Below, in pieces: positions 16,989 to 25,576 of a DNA stretch of 64,000 nt. The position numbers and the translations under genes are program-made. Origin of the DNA: Solirubrobacteraceae bacterium (GTDB taxonomy: Bacteria > Actinomycetota > Thermoleophilia > Solirubrobacterales > Solirubrobacteraceae). Numbering within the stretch: the first letter of the stretch is position 1; each line of letters begins with the position of its first letter. The notes under the pieces are model-generated. The model was not told the DNA's origin. It searched no databases and saw only the letters and a program-made list of their open reading frames with translations. The stretch covers positions 24,237 through 88,236 of the forward strand of contig DATNBM010000093.1 of assembly GCA_035571915.1 (NCBI GenBank), read 5' to 3'.

Positions 16989-17767
16989 CAGCCGACGTGG
17001 AGCGCCCCCAGCGCTTCGCCGACGCTGCCCGAGAGCTGACCGTCGATCCAGTTGCCCACGAACGGCAGCGACGCCGCCACGACGAGCATCGCCACCGCCA
17101 CCTTCGTCGGGAAGCCGACGGCGAAGATGTTCAGCTGCGGGACGACCCGCGAGACGACGCCGAACGCCACGTCGGTGATCAGCAGCGCCGCGAGCACCGG
17201 CGCGCCGATCTCCAGGGCCGAGGTGAAGATCGTCGAGAAGACCTGCTCGGCGCCCCCGACCAGCGAGGACAGCCGCGGGGCCGAGGTCAGCGGGACTAGT
17301 TCGAACGTCCGCCCGAGACCCCGCAGCGTCCACGCGTCGCCGTCGATGACCAGGAAGATCATCGTCCCGACGAGCGAGTAGAAGCGCGAGAGCACCGCGC
17401 TGTTTTCACCGGACAGCGGGTTGATCAGCGATCCGTAGGAGAAGCCCGAGACGACGTCCATCAGCGTCCCGGCGGACTCGATCGCCGCCATCAGCATCGC
17501 CAGCGCGAACGCGAACGCGAACCCGACGAGCATCCCCTGCAGCACGAGCTCGGCGACGACCATCGGGTCGCTCGGTATGTGCTGCCCCACCATCGCGATC
17601 GGCGTCAACCCGATCGAGATCCCGACCGCGACCAACCCCTTCACCCGCGCCGGCACCAGCGACGAGGAGAACAGCGGCGCGAGGACGAACAGCGGCGTGA
17701 CCCGAGCCAGCACGAGGATGAACCCCCCGAGCTGATTCCCGGCCAGCTGCTTCAAGACCGCGTTCAT
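16988..17767 (-). CDS. fliR: Flagellar export protein FliR
   Basis: Hydrophobic; R.VPQLNIFAVGFP.K. Confidence 0.95.
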   Translation of the reverse strand: MNAVLKQLAGNQLGGFILVLARVTPLFVLAPLFSSSLVPARVKGLVAVGISIGLTPIAMVGQHIPSDPMVVAELVLQGMLVGFAFAFALAMLMAAIESAGTLMDVVSGFSYGSLINPLSGENSAVLSRFYSLVGTMIFLVIDGDAWTLRGLGRTFELVPLTSAPRLSSLVGGAEQVFSTIFTSALEIGAPVLAALLITDVAFGVVSRVVPQLNIFAVGFPTKVAVAMLVVAASLPFVGNWIDGQLSGSVGEALGALHVG

Positions 17768-17819
17768 CGGATCGACCCCTCCGGCCTGACCGGATGACGC
17801 GAACGGCTCCCGAGCCTCA

Positions 17820-18092
17820 TCAGCTGCCCACCATCGACGGGATCGCCGTGTACAGCGAGGTCGTGTACGCGACCAGCTGCCCGAGCATCCACGGCCCCAG
17901 CACGACGACCACGACCGCCACGCCGACGATCTTCGGAATCAGGCTGAGGCTCTGCTCCTGAATCTGGGTGACGGCCTGGAAGACGCTGACGATCAGGCCG
18001 ATCACGAGCGCCACGAGCAGCAGCGGGCCGGCGATCTTCAGAGCCAGGCTCATGCCCTGCGAGGCGAGGTTGACGACGGTGTCCTGGTTCAT
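17820..18092 (-). CDS. fliQ: Flagellar export protein FliQ
   Basis: FQAVTQIQEQSLS.IPK. Confidence 0.96.
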   Translation of the reverse strand: MNQDTVVNLASQGMSLALKIAGPLLLVALVIGLIVSVFQAVTQIQEQSLSLIPKIVGVAVVVVVLGPWMLGQLVAYTTSLYTAIPSMVGS

Positions 18093-18120
18093 GGGTGGTT
18101 GGGGGAGGGTGGGCGGGGAC

Positions 18121-18780
18121 CTAGTGGAAGCTCTGCACGAGCGCCTTGATGACGAGGTCCCAGCCGTCGACGAGCACGAACAGCAGCACCTTGAAGGGGA
18201 GGGATATGAACGTCGGCGGGAGCATGATCATCCCCATGCTCATCAGCGTCGAGGAGACGATCAGGTCGATGATCAGGAACGGCAGGAAGATCAGGAAGCC
18301 GATCTGGAAGGCCGTCTTGAGCTCGGAGATGATGAACGCCGGGATCAGCACCTCGGTGGGGACTTCCGAGCGCTTGGAGCCCTTGTTGTGGGCCATCGTC
18401 ATGAACAGGCTGATGTCCTGGCCCCGGGTCTGGCGGAACATGAATTCGCGCAGCGGCTCCTCGGCGTCTTTGAGGGCGGTCGTCGTCGAGATGTGGTGAT
18501 GGGTCAGCGGTTCGATCGCGTCGCGCTTGATCGCCCCGATCGTCGGCGACATCACGAAGATCGTCAGGAACAGGGCGATCCCGACGAGCACCTGGTTGGG
18601 CGGCGCGTTGGAGGTGCCGACGGCGGTGCGGATGAAGCCGAGGACGATCAGGATGCGGCTGAAGCCGGTGACGGTGAAGAGCACCGCCGGGACGAGCGTC
18701 AGCCCGCCGATCAGCAGCAGGATCTGAACCGCGTTGCTCGAGTCCAGGTTCAGCCCGGAGGAGGCGGCGATCGCGCTCAA
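18121..18780 (-). CDS. fliP: Flagellar export protein FliP (no signal peptide, TTG start)
   Basis: PPNQVL.G, PAF.ISELKTAF and SLPFK.LLFVLVDGW. Confidence 0.95.
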   Translation of the reverse strand: MSAIAASSGLNLDSSNAVQILLLIGGLTLVPAVLFTVTGFSRILIVLGFIRTAVGTSNAPPNQVLVGIALFLTIFVMSPTIGAIKRDAIEPLTHHHISTTTALKDAEEPLREFMFRQTRGQDISLFMTMAHNKGSKRSEVPTEVLIPAFIISELKTAFQIGFLIFLPFLIIDLIVSSTLMSMGMIMLPPTFISLPFKVLLFVLVDGWDLVIKALVQSFH

Positions 18781-19427
18781 CGCCGCACCGTCAGTTCGCG
18801 CAGGCGATCGACGAGGCTCGTGCCCGGCCCCGGGGAGGGCATCCGCATCGGGTCGTGCCCGCCGTGGCGGATCGCGCCCGAGCGCTGCTGAACGGGCCGC
18901 GGGGGCTCCTCGCCGGGCGCCCGCAACAGCGCCCGCCGCGGCTTCGGCGCCTCGATCACGTCCATCAGCCCGGCTTCCCGGGCCTCTTCCTCGGTGTAGC
19001 GGTGGATCGGGACGACGCCCTGCTCGGCGCTGCCGAGCAGCAGGTAGTCGTTGCCGGCCCGCACCAGATGGACCGAGCGGCCGGTCGACAGGGTCAGCGC
19101 GGCCAGGCTCGTCAGCCCCGCGCTGGGGGCGCTCGGATCGCGCCCGGCCTTGACCTGCCGCAGGATCCACGACAGGCCCCAGATCACGGCGATCACGATC
19201 GCGAGGCCCACGATCGTGCGCACGATGCTGCCGCTCGAGCCCCCGACGTGGGCGGTGGTGGTCGTGCTCGTGCCCCCGATCGGCTGTTCCTCGAAGGCCG
19301 ATTTGGCCGGGTCCGCGGCTTTTGCCTTGGCGGCGAGCGCGTCCGGGCAGGCGAACGCGAGCGCGCAGGCGCCGGCAGCCGCGGCCGCCGTCGCGGCCGC
19401 ACGGGAAAGCGTGTTCGGCTTCGTCAT
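18777..19427 (-). CDS. fliO: Flagellar protein FliO/FliZ
   Basis: TM followed by L...RSVHLVRAG..YLLLGS; upstream of fliP. Confidence 0.85.
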   Translation of the reverse strand: MTKPNTLSRAAATAAAAAGACALAFACPDALAAKAKAADPAKSAFEEQPIGGTSTTTTAHVGGSSGSIVRTIVGLAIVIAVIWGLSWILRQVKAGRDPSAPSAGLTSLAALTLSTGRSVHLVRAGNDYLLLGSAEQGVVPIHRYTEEEAREAGLMDVIEAPKPRRALLRAPGEEPPRPVQQRSGAIRHGGHDPMRMPSPGPGTSLVDRLRELTVRR

Positions 19428-19459
19428 CGAGGGTCGACTCCGAGGAAGAGTCGCCCGGG

Positions 19460-19486
19460 TTATCGGCCCGCCGCTTCGAGTCTTGA
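19460..19486 (-). promoter_or_regulatory. Sigma-28 promoter (fliO-flhF operon)
   Basis: TCAA-N15-GCCGATAA. Confidence 0.85.
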
Positions 19487-19487
19487 G

Positions 19488-20711
19488 CTACATAAGGTGC
19501 TCGACCGACACGCCCCAGCCGCCGTCGCCGGTCACGACGAGGCGCCCGCGCGCGAAGCACAGGCCGTTGGCGAACAGCTCGATCGGCGCCTCCGCGGACT
19601 GGTCCAGCTCGACGACCGCTCCCGGCGTCAGGCGCAGAGCCTCGCCGAGGGCGATGTGGGTCCGTCCGAGCTCGGCCCACACGCGCACGAAGATGCTGCG
19701 CAGGATCGAGGGCGAGCGCGGCCGCTCGGGCTCGTGTTCGGCGTGGGCGCGGGCCCGTTCGAGCTCTGCGCGGCCGAGCTTGGCGTAGGTGGCGGCGCGC
19801 ACGGGGTGCTCGTCGGCCTCCTGCAGCTTGATCGCCTTGCGCGTGCCGCTGCGCCCCGGCCGGCCCCGCCCGACCGACACCTCCTCGGCGAACAGCCTCA
19901 CGCCGTCCTCCGAGCGCTCCCCGAGCTCGACGATCGTGCCGGGCTCGATCGAGAGCATCTGCTCGATCGGCATCTGCACGGAGCCGACCTCGGCCCGCAG
20001 CAGCACCTGGGCGACCGCGAGGCCCTCTCGCAGACCGGACGCGGCGGGTCCCGAGGAGGCGTGCTCGCCGGCGCCGGCGCCGCCGCTCGCGAGCGGGGCC
20101 ACGGCGGGCCAGGGGAGCAGCAGCCACATCGCCGAGGAGCAGCCGTCGATCGTCGTCTTCAGCTCGGCCGCGAGCGTCGGCTCGGCCGGCGCGACGTTGA
20201 CGCCGGCGTCGCCCTCCATGTCGAGCTCGCCGCGCTGCAGCGCCGTCCCGCCCAGCTCGCCCCAGACGGCGGAGAGCTCGGCGACGGTCGCGTCGAGGAT
20301 GCCCTTGGCGAGCGCCCAGTCGATCTCAGACAGATGACGCTCGGCCGGCGCCTGGGCGGCGCGGCCGCCGAGCATGCATTCGAGCGCCTGCAGGACGACC
20401 GCCCGCTCGACGCTCAGCAGCATCGCGTGGGCCGGCCGGTCGGACTCGATCCCCACGGCGACGGCGTCGGCGGCCAGGCCGGCGCGGACCGCGGCCCACG
20501 TGTTCTGGGTGACCTCGCCGAGCTCTAGGACGACCTCGGTCTTCAGCTGGCCCGTGAGCGCCGCCGAGATCGACTCGCAGGCTTCCTCGAGCGCGCCCGA
20601 GATCATCCGCCGCAGGTCGGGCGTGAACTTGGTCGGCTGGGAGAAGTCGAGCGGCTGAACGTCGGCCGGCGCGGGAGCGGCTGCCGCTCCGCCGCCCTGT
20701 GCGCCCGCCAT
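19488..20711 (-). CDS. fliM: Motor switch FliM with two C-terminal SPOA domains
   Basis: DF..P.KF, LGG and R.LSEID motifs; two FliN-like repeats. Confidence 0.85.
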   Translation of the reverse strand: MAGAQGGGAAAAPAPADVQPLDFSQPTKFTPDLRRMISGALEEACESISAALTGQLKTEVVLELGEVTQNTWAAVRAGLAADAVAVGIESDRPAHAMLLSVERAVVLQALECMLGGRAAQAPAERHLSEIDWALAKGILDATVAELSAVWGELGGTALQRGELDMEGDAGVNVAPAEPTLAAELKTTIDGCSSAMWLLLPWPAVAPLASGGAGAGEHASSGPAASGLREGLAVAQVLLRAEVGSVQMPIEQMLSIEPGTIVELGERSEDGVRLFAEEVSVGRGRPGRSGTRKAIKLQEADEHPVRAATYAKLGRAELERARAHAEHEPERPRSPSILRSIFVRVWAELGRTHIALGEALRLTPGAVVELDQSAEAPIELFANGLCFARGRLVVTGDGGWGVSVEHLM

Positions 20712-20717
20712 CGGCGC

Positions 20718-21107
20718 TCAGCCCTCGCTGCCCGCGGCGGCCGGCTCCTCGCCGCCGGGCGCGGCGGCGGGCTCGGAGGCCGGCGTCTCGTCGGCCTCGG
20801 CGGCGTCGCGGTCGTCGAGGATCTCGGTGATGCGCAGACCGTACTGCTCGTCCACGACGACGACCTCTCCGCGGGCGATCGGCGAGCCGTTGACCAGGAG
20901 GTCGGCGGGCTCGCCGGAGCGGCGCTCCAGCGCGACGACGGCGCCGACGCGCAGCTCGAGCGTCTCGCCGACCGTCATGTGCGTCCGGCCGATCTCGACG
21001 CTCAGCTCCATCGGGATCTCGCTGAGGCGGCTGAGGTCGGAGGGGCCCGCGGCGGCGCCGTTCTCGCTGCCGGCCTCGAGCTCCTCGTACTCGATCGTCT
21101 CCGCCAC
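20718..21107 (-). CDS. fliN: Motor switch FliN
   Basis: IPMELSVEIGRT and ARGEVVVVDEQYGLRITEI. Confidence 0.95.
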   Translation of the reverse strand: MAETIEYEELEAGSENGAAAGPSDLSRLSEIPMELSVEIGRTHMTVGETLELRVGAVVALERRSGEPADLLVNGSPIARGEVVVVDEQYGLRITEILDDRDAAEADETPASEPAAAPGGEEPAAAGSEG

Positions 21108-21115
21108 CGTCCCTC

Positions 21116-21556
21116 CTACTGCACCGTCAGGTCGGGGATCAGGACCGATTCGAGTTTCACGTCGGTCTGCGCGCGGATCGCAGATGCGATCTTGCGCTGC
21201 AGGTCGTGCCGGCCGGTCGTCGTGATCAGCGTTTCGCCCGACTGGTTGGTGATCAGGTTGGTGATGATTTCGCGCACCAGCGGTTCCTCGGGCAGCGTGC
21301 CCTGGGCCGCTTCGCCGTTGCCCGAGCCGCCCGAGTCCGCTGTCGCGCCGTCGCTCTGGCCGGGCGCGAGGTCGAGCGCGATCGAGGCCTTCACGTAACG
21401 GCCGTCCTTCAGGTTGAGCAGGAATTCCTTCGGCATCACGTAGATCGTGCCCTTGATCTTCTCCTTCACGATCGGCTTGTGCTTCGTCATCGTGTAAGCG
21501 CCGAACAGCAGTATCGGGAGAGCCAGGGCGAGCATGATCTTCTTGTTCTTCAGCAT
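21116..21556 (-). CDS. fliL: Basal body-associated FliL
   Basis: N-terminal TM, EFLLNL.D.RYVK, C-terminal ..D..VQ. Confidence 0.88.
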   Translation of the reverse strand: MLKNKKIMLALALPILLFGAYTMTKHKPIVKEKIKGTIYVMPKEFLLNLKDGRYVKASIALDLAPGQSDGATADSGGSGNGEAAQGTLPEEPLVREIITNLITNQSGETLITTTGRHDLQRKIASAIRAQTDVKLESVLIPDLTVQ

Positions 21557-21581
21557 GGAGGTAGCACCGGTCGTCTTCTTG

Positions 21582-22454
21582 TCAGGGTTCTTCGCCTTCG
21601 CCTGTATCGACCCTCTTCAGGACGATCTCGACCCTTCTGTTGCGGGCGCGCCCGGCGGCGGTCGCGTCGCTGGCGACGGGACGCTGGTCGGCGAAGCCCG
21701 CGGCCGTCATCCGCGCCGCCCCGACGCCGTGTTCGGCGAGGAACCGCACGACGGTGCTCGCGCGGGCCGTCGAGAGCTCCCAGTTGCTCGGGTAGGCGCC
21801 AGAGTGGATCGGCACGTTGTCGGTATTGCCCTCGACCTCGATCGGGTGTTCGCCCGCGAGGTTCAAGAGACGCCCGATTTCGCTCAGCAGCGAGTTCGAT
21901 CGCGTGTTCAAGGAGGCCTCCCCGGAGGCGAACAGGAGGTCGTCCGTCAGCACCTTGATGACCAGCCCGCGCGGGGTGATCGAGGTCTGGACTTTCGAGC
22001 CGAAGCCGTGGATGCGGGCGTATTCGTCGAGCTCGTGCTTGATCTGGGTGAACAGCCGCGCCTGGTTCTGGGCGCCGATCGCTGCCTGCGCCTGCGCGAC
22101 CTGGCCGGCGGCGGTGTGCGCGGGGGACTGCAGCGTCTGCGAGGTCGAGGGCGCCGTCACGGGGACGATCGCCTGGACGTCGATCGAGCTCGGGGCGTGG
22201 CTCGTGTTGGCGCTCGCTCCGGGTTTCGCGATCGCTTTGCCGCCCGGCAGGATGTCGCCCGAGAAAGCCGCGCGAAGGGACTTCTGGAGCACCTGGACCT
22301 TGGAGATGTTGACCGAGGAGATCGAGAACAGCACCATGAACAGCGCCATCAGCAGCGTGATCATGTCGGCGTAGGTCAGCAGCCAGCGCTCGTCGCTCGC
22401 CTCCTCCTTGTGGCCGCCGCCTCGGCGACGCCCGCCTCCGTGCCCCCTCGGCAC
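21582..22454 (-). CDS. motB: Stator MotB
   Basis: WLLTYADMITLL; OmpA-like NWELS.ARA...NRRVEI. Confidence 0.96.
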   Translation of the reverse strand: MPRGHGGGRRRGGGHKEEASDERWLLTYADMITLLMALFMVLFSISSVNISKVQVLQKSLRAAFSGDILPGGKAIAKPGASANTSHAPSSIDVQAIVPVTAPSTSQTLQSPAHTAAGQVAQAQAAIGAQNQARLFTQIKHELDEYARIHGFGSKVQTSITPRGLVIKVLTDDLLFASGEASLNTRSNSLLSEIGRLLNLAGEHPIEVEGNTDNVPIHSGAYPSNWELSTARASTVVRFLAEHGVGAARMTAAGFADQRPVASDATAAGRARNRRVEIVLKRVDTGEGEEP

Positions 22455-22455
22455 G

Positions 22456-23262
22456 TCAGGCCGCCTTGGCCTCGGATTCGACGCTCGAGAGCGCCGGTCC
22501 CTCCTCGGAGTCGCGCTCCGCGGGCGGCACGTAGGACATCAGCTTTTCGGACACCAGGCGGGGGTTGTCGCCGGCCTGGATCGAGAGGATCCCCTCGAGC
22601 GTCATCATCCTCAGCTCGACCTCTTCGGCCGAGATCGCCTTCAGGCGGTTGGCGATCGGCAGGAAGATCACGTTCGCGGCGCCGACGCCCATCAGCGTGG
22701 CGATGAAGGCCGAGGAGATCGAGGGGCCGAGCGTCGAGGGCGCGGCGAGGTTCTCGAGCACGTGGACGAGGCCGAGGACGGTGCCGATGATGCCCATCGT
22801 CGGCGCGAACCCGCCGGCCTTCTCGAACGGCGCCGCGCCGGCCTCGTGGCGCGCCTCCATGCCGCCGATCTCGGCCTCGAGGATCGTGTGGACCATCTCC
22901 GGGTCGGTGCCGTCGACGACGAGCTGCAGGGCGTTGCGGGTGAAGGGGTCCTCGATGTCGCCGAGCTGGGCGTCGAGCGCGAGCAGGCCCTCACGACGGG
23001 CCTTGTCGGCGAGCGCGACGAGCCGCTCGAGCTGGCCGCGCAGGTCGGGCGGTTCGGCCGAGATCACGAGCTTGTAGAGGCTCGGCACCTTCTTCATCGA
23101 CGCCATGCCGACGCTGGCGAGCGTCACGCCCGCCGTGCCGCCGAGGATGATCAGCAGCGCGGGGATGTTGATGAACCCGGCGGGACTCGTCCCGTCCATC
23201 AGCGAGCTCATCAGCAGCGACCCGAAGGCCAAGCCGATTCCGATGGCTGTTGCAGCCTTCAT
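22456..23262 (-). CDS. motA: Stator MotA
   Basis: ARREGLLAL, APTMGIIGTVLGL and IQAGDNPR. Confidence 0.96.
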   Translation of the reverse strand: MKAATAIGIGLAFGSLLMSSLMDGTSPAGFINIPALLIILGGTAGVTLASVGMASMKKVPSLYKLVISAEPPDLRGQLERLVALADKARREGLLALDAQLGDIEDPFTRNALQLVVDGTDPEMVHTILEAEIGGMEARHEAGAAPFEKAGGFAPTMGIIGTVLGLVHVLENLAAPSTLGPSISSAFIATLMGVGAANVIFLPIANRLKAISAEEVELRMMTLEGILSIQAGDNPRLVSEKLMSYVPPAERDSEEGPALSSVESEAKAA

Positions 23263-23270
23263 TGCAACCC

Positions 23271-23297
23271 ACATCGGCGGATCGCGGCATCTCTTGA
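23271..23297 (-). promoter_or_regulatory. Sigma-28 promoter (motA operon)
   Basis: TCAA-N15-GCCGATGT, 8 nt before ATG. Confidence 0.8.
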
Positions 23298-23381
23298 AGT
23301 CCGGTGGGCGCCGCTGCAACGAAGCGGCGCCGAATGCAAGCAAAGTTGCAGCCGCAGACGGAGCGCCGCGGCCGCTGGAAC

Positions 23382-23666
23382 CTAGCTCGGCTGGTCCTCG
23401 ACGGCCGTCAGGTGCGGCGGGTCGCGGTGCGGCTGGGGCGGGCCGCCGGGACGCTCGGGGCGGCGGCGGCGGAGCGCCTCGCCCAGCACGTCGGCCCTGT
23501 ACTCGCGGACCGCGCCGGCGACCTCCTCGGGCGTCTCCGCGACGACGACCTTGGCGCCGGTCGCGAGCGAGATGACGGTGTCCGGAGTGGACTCGACCGT
23601 CACGATCATGTCGGGATTCAGTTGGAACGGCTCGTCGCTGTGGCCGAGCCGGCGCAGCGTGATCAT
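23382..23666 (-). CDS. flbD: Flagellar FlbD/SwrD family protein
   Basis: MI.L.RL...LNPD.I..VE.TPDTVI.L..G.K.VV.E. Confidence 0.92.
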   Translation of the reverse strand: MITLRRLGHSDEPFQLNPDMIVTVESTPDTVISLATGAKVVVAETPEEVAGAVREYRADVLGEALRRRRPERPGGPPQPHRDPPHLTAVEDQPS

Positions 23667-23802
23667 CTTCTGCCTCCCTGCGGTCAGTGTAGACCCGGCG
23701 CGGGACGGCGAGCGCTTGCCGCCGTCCCGCTCCGAGCTCCTCGGAGTTGCCTCTTTGCGCGTACCCCCTTTGCGTCGCGCCCGGCGCGCCGGGCGCGCGG
23801 CG

Positions 23803-24699
23803 CTAGTGCATCGACACCAGCGTTTCGAGCATCGTGTCGGCCGTGGTGATCACACGGGAGTTGGCCTGGTAGCCGCGCTCGGCGGTGATCATCTTGGTCA
23901 TCTCGCTGGCGAGGTCGACGTTCGACATCTCGAGCTCGCCGCCGACGGTCGCGCCGAAGCCCGACGTGGAGGGCGTGCCGACTTTCGGGACCCCCGAGTT
24001 CGACGTGCTCGCCCACAGCGATCCGCCGGCCCGTTCGAGGCCCGATTCGTTGGCGAACGTCGCCAGCGACACGTAGCCCGCCGTGACCCGCTGCCCGAAC
24101 GTTTTCGATTCGGGGTTGTTGTCGGTGTAGCCGACGCCTCCGTCCATCCCGATCGAGACGTTGGTCGAGCCGGGCGGGATCCGCAGGTAGGTGTCTTCGG
24201 TCCCGACCGAGTAGGTCGTTTCCGTTTCGCCTTCTTTCGGCACCGCGTTGCGCCCGACCACGTACAGCCCCGACGGGGTCGTCAGGAAGCCGAGCGCGTT
24301 CGCCGAGAGATCCCCCGCGCGCGTGTACATCACGCGAGCGGGAGTCCCGCTCGTGAACGGTTCTTTGGCCGGCGGTTCGCCTTCTCCGACGCGCAGGAAC
24401 CCGGGGCCCTCGATCGCGATGTCGAGCGGGTTGCCCGTCGTCTGGAAGGCCCCCTCGGTCATTTCGTTGCGGGTCGCGTCGACCATCACCCCAAGACCGA
24501 TCTGCACGGGGTTCGAGCCCCCGGTGCTGGAGGTCGGAGCGGAGGCGCCCCTGATCACCTGCGTGAGCGAGTCCGCGAACGTGATCGAGGAGGCCTTGTA
24601 GCCGACCGTGTTCACGTTCGCGAGGTTTCCGGCGGTGTCGTTGAGCATCGCCTGGTTGGCATCGAGGCCGCTGATCGCGGCGTACATACCCTCCATCAT
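23803..24699 (-). CDS. flgE: Flagellar hook protein FlgE (short form)
   Basis: NLANVNTVGYK, NP.QIGLG, YTRAG and LEMSNVDL; follows flgD. Confidence 0.9.
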   Translation of the reverse strand: MMEGMYAAISGLDANQAMLNDTAGNLANVNTVGYKASSITFADSLTQVIRGASAPTSSTGGSNPVQIGLGVMVDATRNEMTEGAFQTTGNPLDIAIEGPGFLRVGEGEPPAKEPFTSGTPARVMYTRAGDLSANALGFLTTPSGLYVVGRNAVPKEGETETTYSVGTEDTYLRIPPGSTNVSIGMDGGVGYTDNNPESKTFGQRVTAGYVSLATFANESGLERAGGSLWASTSNSGVPKVGTPSTSGFGATVGGELEMSNVDLASEMTKMITAERGYQANSRVITTADTMLETLVSMH

Positions 24700-24766
24700 C
24701 GTTCTGCCCTTCCTTTCCCGGGCTTCCTCGATGAGGTCCAGCCACGGTGGTCCGGCGCCGCGATCG

Positions 24767-25162
24767 TCATGCGATCACGGCGCTGTCGATGTTGGTGAAC
24801 ACGTTTTCCTTCATGTGTTCGGAACCCACAGCCGTGATCACGGTGTGGTTGCTGACGGACACCACGAAAGCGGTCCCGTCGACAAGTACGAGGGAGTCCC
24901 GCGAGCCCTTGCCCGCGGCCCGGCTCACGCCCTCGTGGAGTCTTTGCAGCGTCGCGCCGTCGAGCTCGATCCCGCGCCGCTGGACGCGATCCAGGGCGTG
25001 CTTTGAGAACTGCAGCGGCGTCTCGGCCTGCTTCAGCGCGTCGGCGAAGGACGGGCCCGCGGCTGCGGGGCTCTGAGACCGCGCGGGCGCGCCCGCGGGC
25101 GTCACCGGCGCGGCGGCGCCGGGCGGGATCAGGGCGGGGTTGTTCTCGATCGGCGAGCTCAT
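24767..25162 (-). CDS. Flagellar operon protein (TIGR02530-like)
   Basis: FSKHA..R...RGI, KGSRDSLV, TVITA and NVFTNIDSAVI. Confidence 0.9.
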   Translation of the reverse strand: MSSPIENNPALIPPGAAAPVTPAGAPARSQSPAAAGPSFADALKQAETPLQFSKHALDRVQRRGIELDGATLQRLHEGVSRAAGKGSRDSLVLVDGTAFVVSVSNHTVITAVGSEHMKENVFTNIDSAVIA

Positions 25163-25554
25163 TGCACCTGCGTGATCGCGGTCAGCGCGATGCCGGAGAC
25201 GCCTTCGATCGTGAGCGTCGTCCCTTCGGCGGTGGACTGCACGCTCGTGACCTTGCCGGTGCCGGTGCCGCCGGTCGGGCTCGCGTAGTCGACGGTGTGG
25301 CCGATCAGCTGCACGCCCGCCGAGAGCTGGCTCGCGCTGGCGAGGTTGGTCGTCTGCTCGACCTGGGTGAACTGGGCGAGCTCGGAGATGTATTCGTTCG
25401 TGTTGCCCGGCGAGAGCGGGTCCTGGGCCTGCAGCTGGGCGATCATCAGTTTCAGGAAGTCGTTCTGCCCGAGCCCCCCGGCGGAGCCGGCGCGCGAGGA
25501 GGAGGAAGCGGGCGCTGCGGCTGCGGCGTGGGCGGTGGCCTCTGTCGTTGTCAT
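25159..25554 (-). CDS. flgD: Hook cap FlgD
   Basis: DFLKL.IAQL..QDPL.P....ELAQF. Confidence 0.93.
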   Translation of the reverse strand: MTTTEATAHAAAAAPASSSSRAGSAGGLGQNDFLKLMIAQLQAQDPLSPGNTNEYISELAQFTQVEQTTNLASASQLSAGVQLIGHTVDYASPTGGTGTGKVTSVQSTAEGTTLTIEGVSGIALTAITQVQ

Positions 25555-25576
25555 TCCTCGCGTCCTTTCTCTGGTC

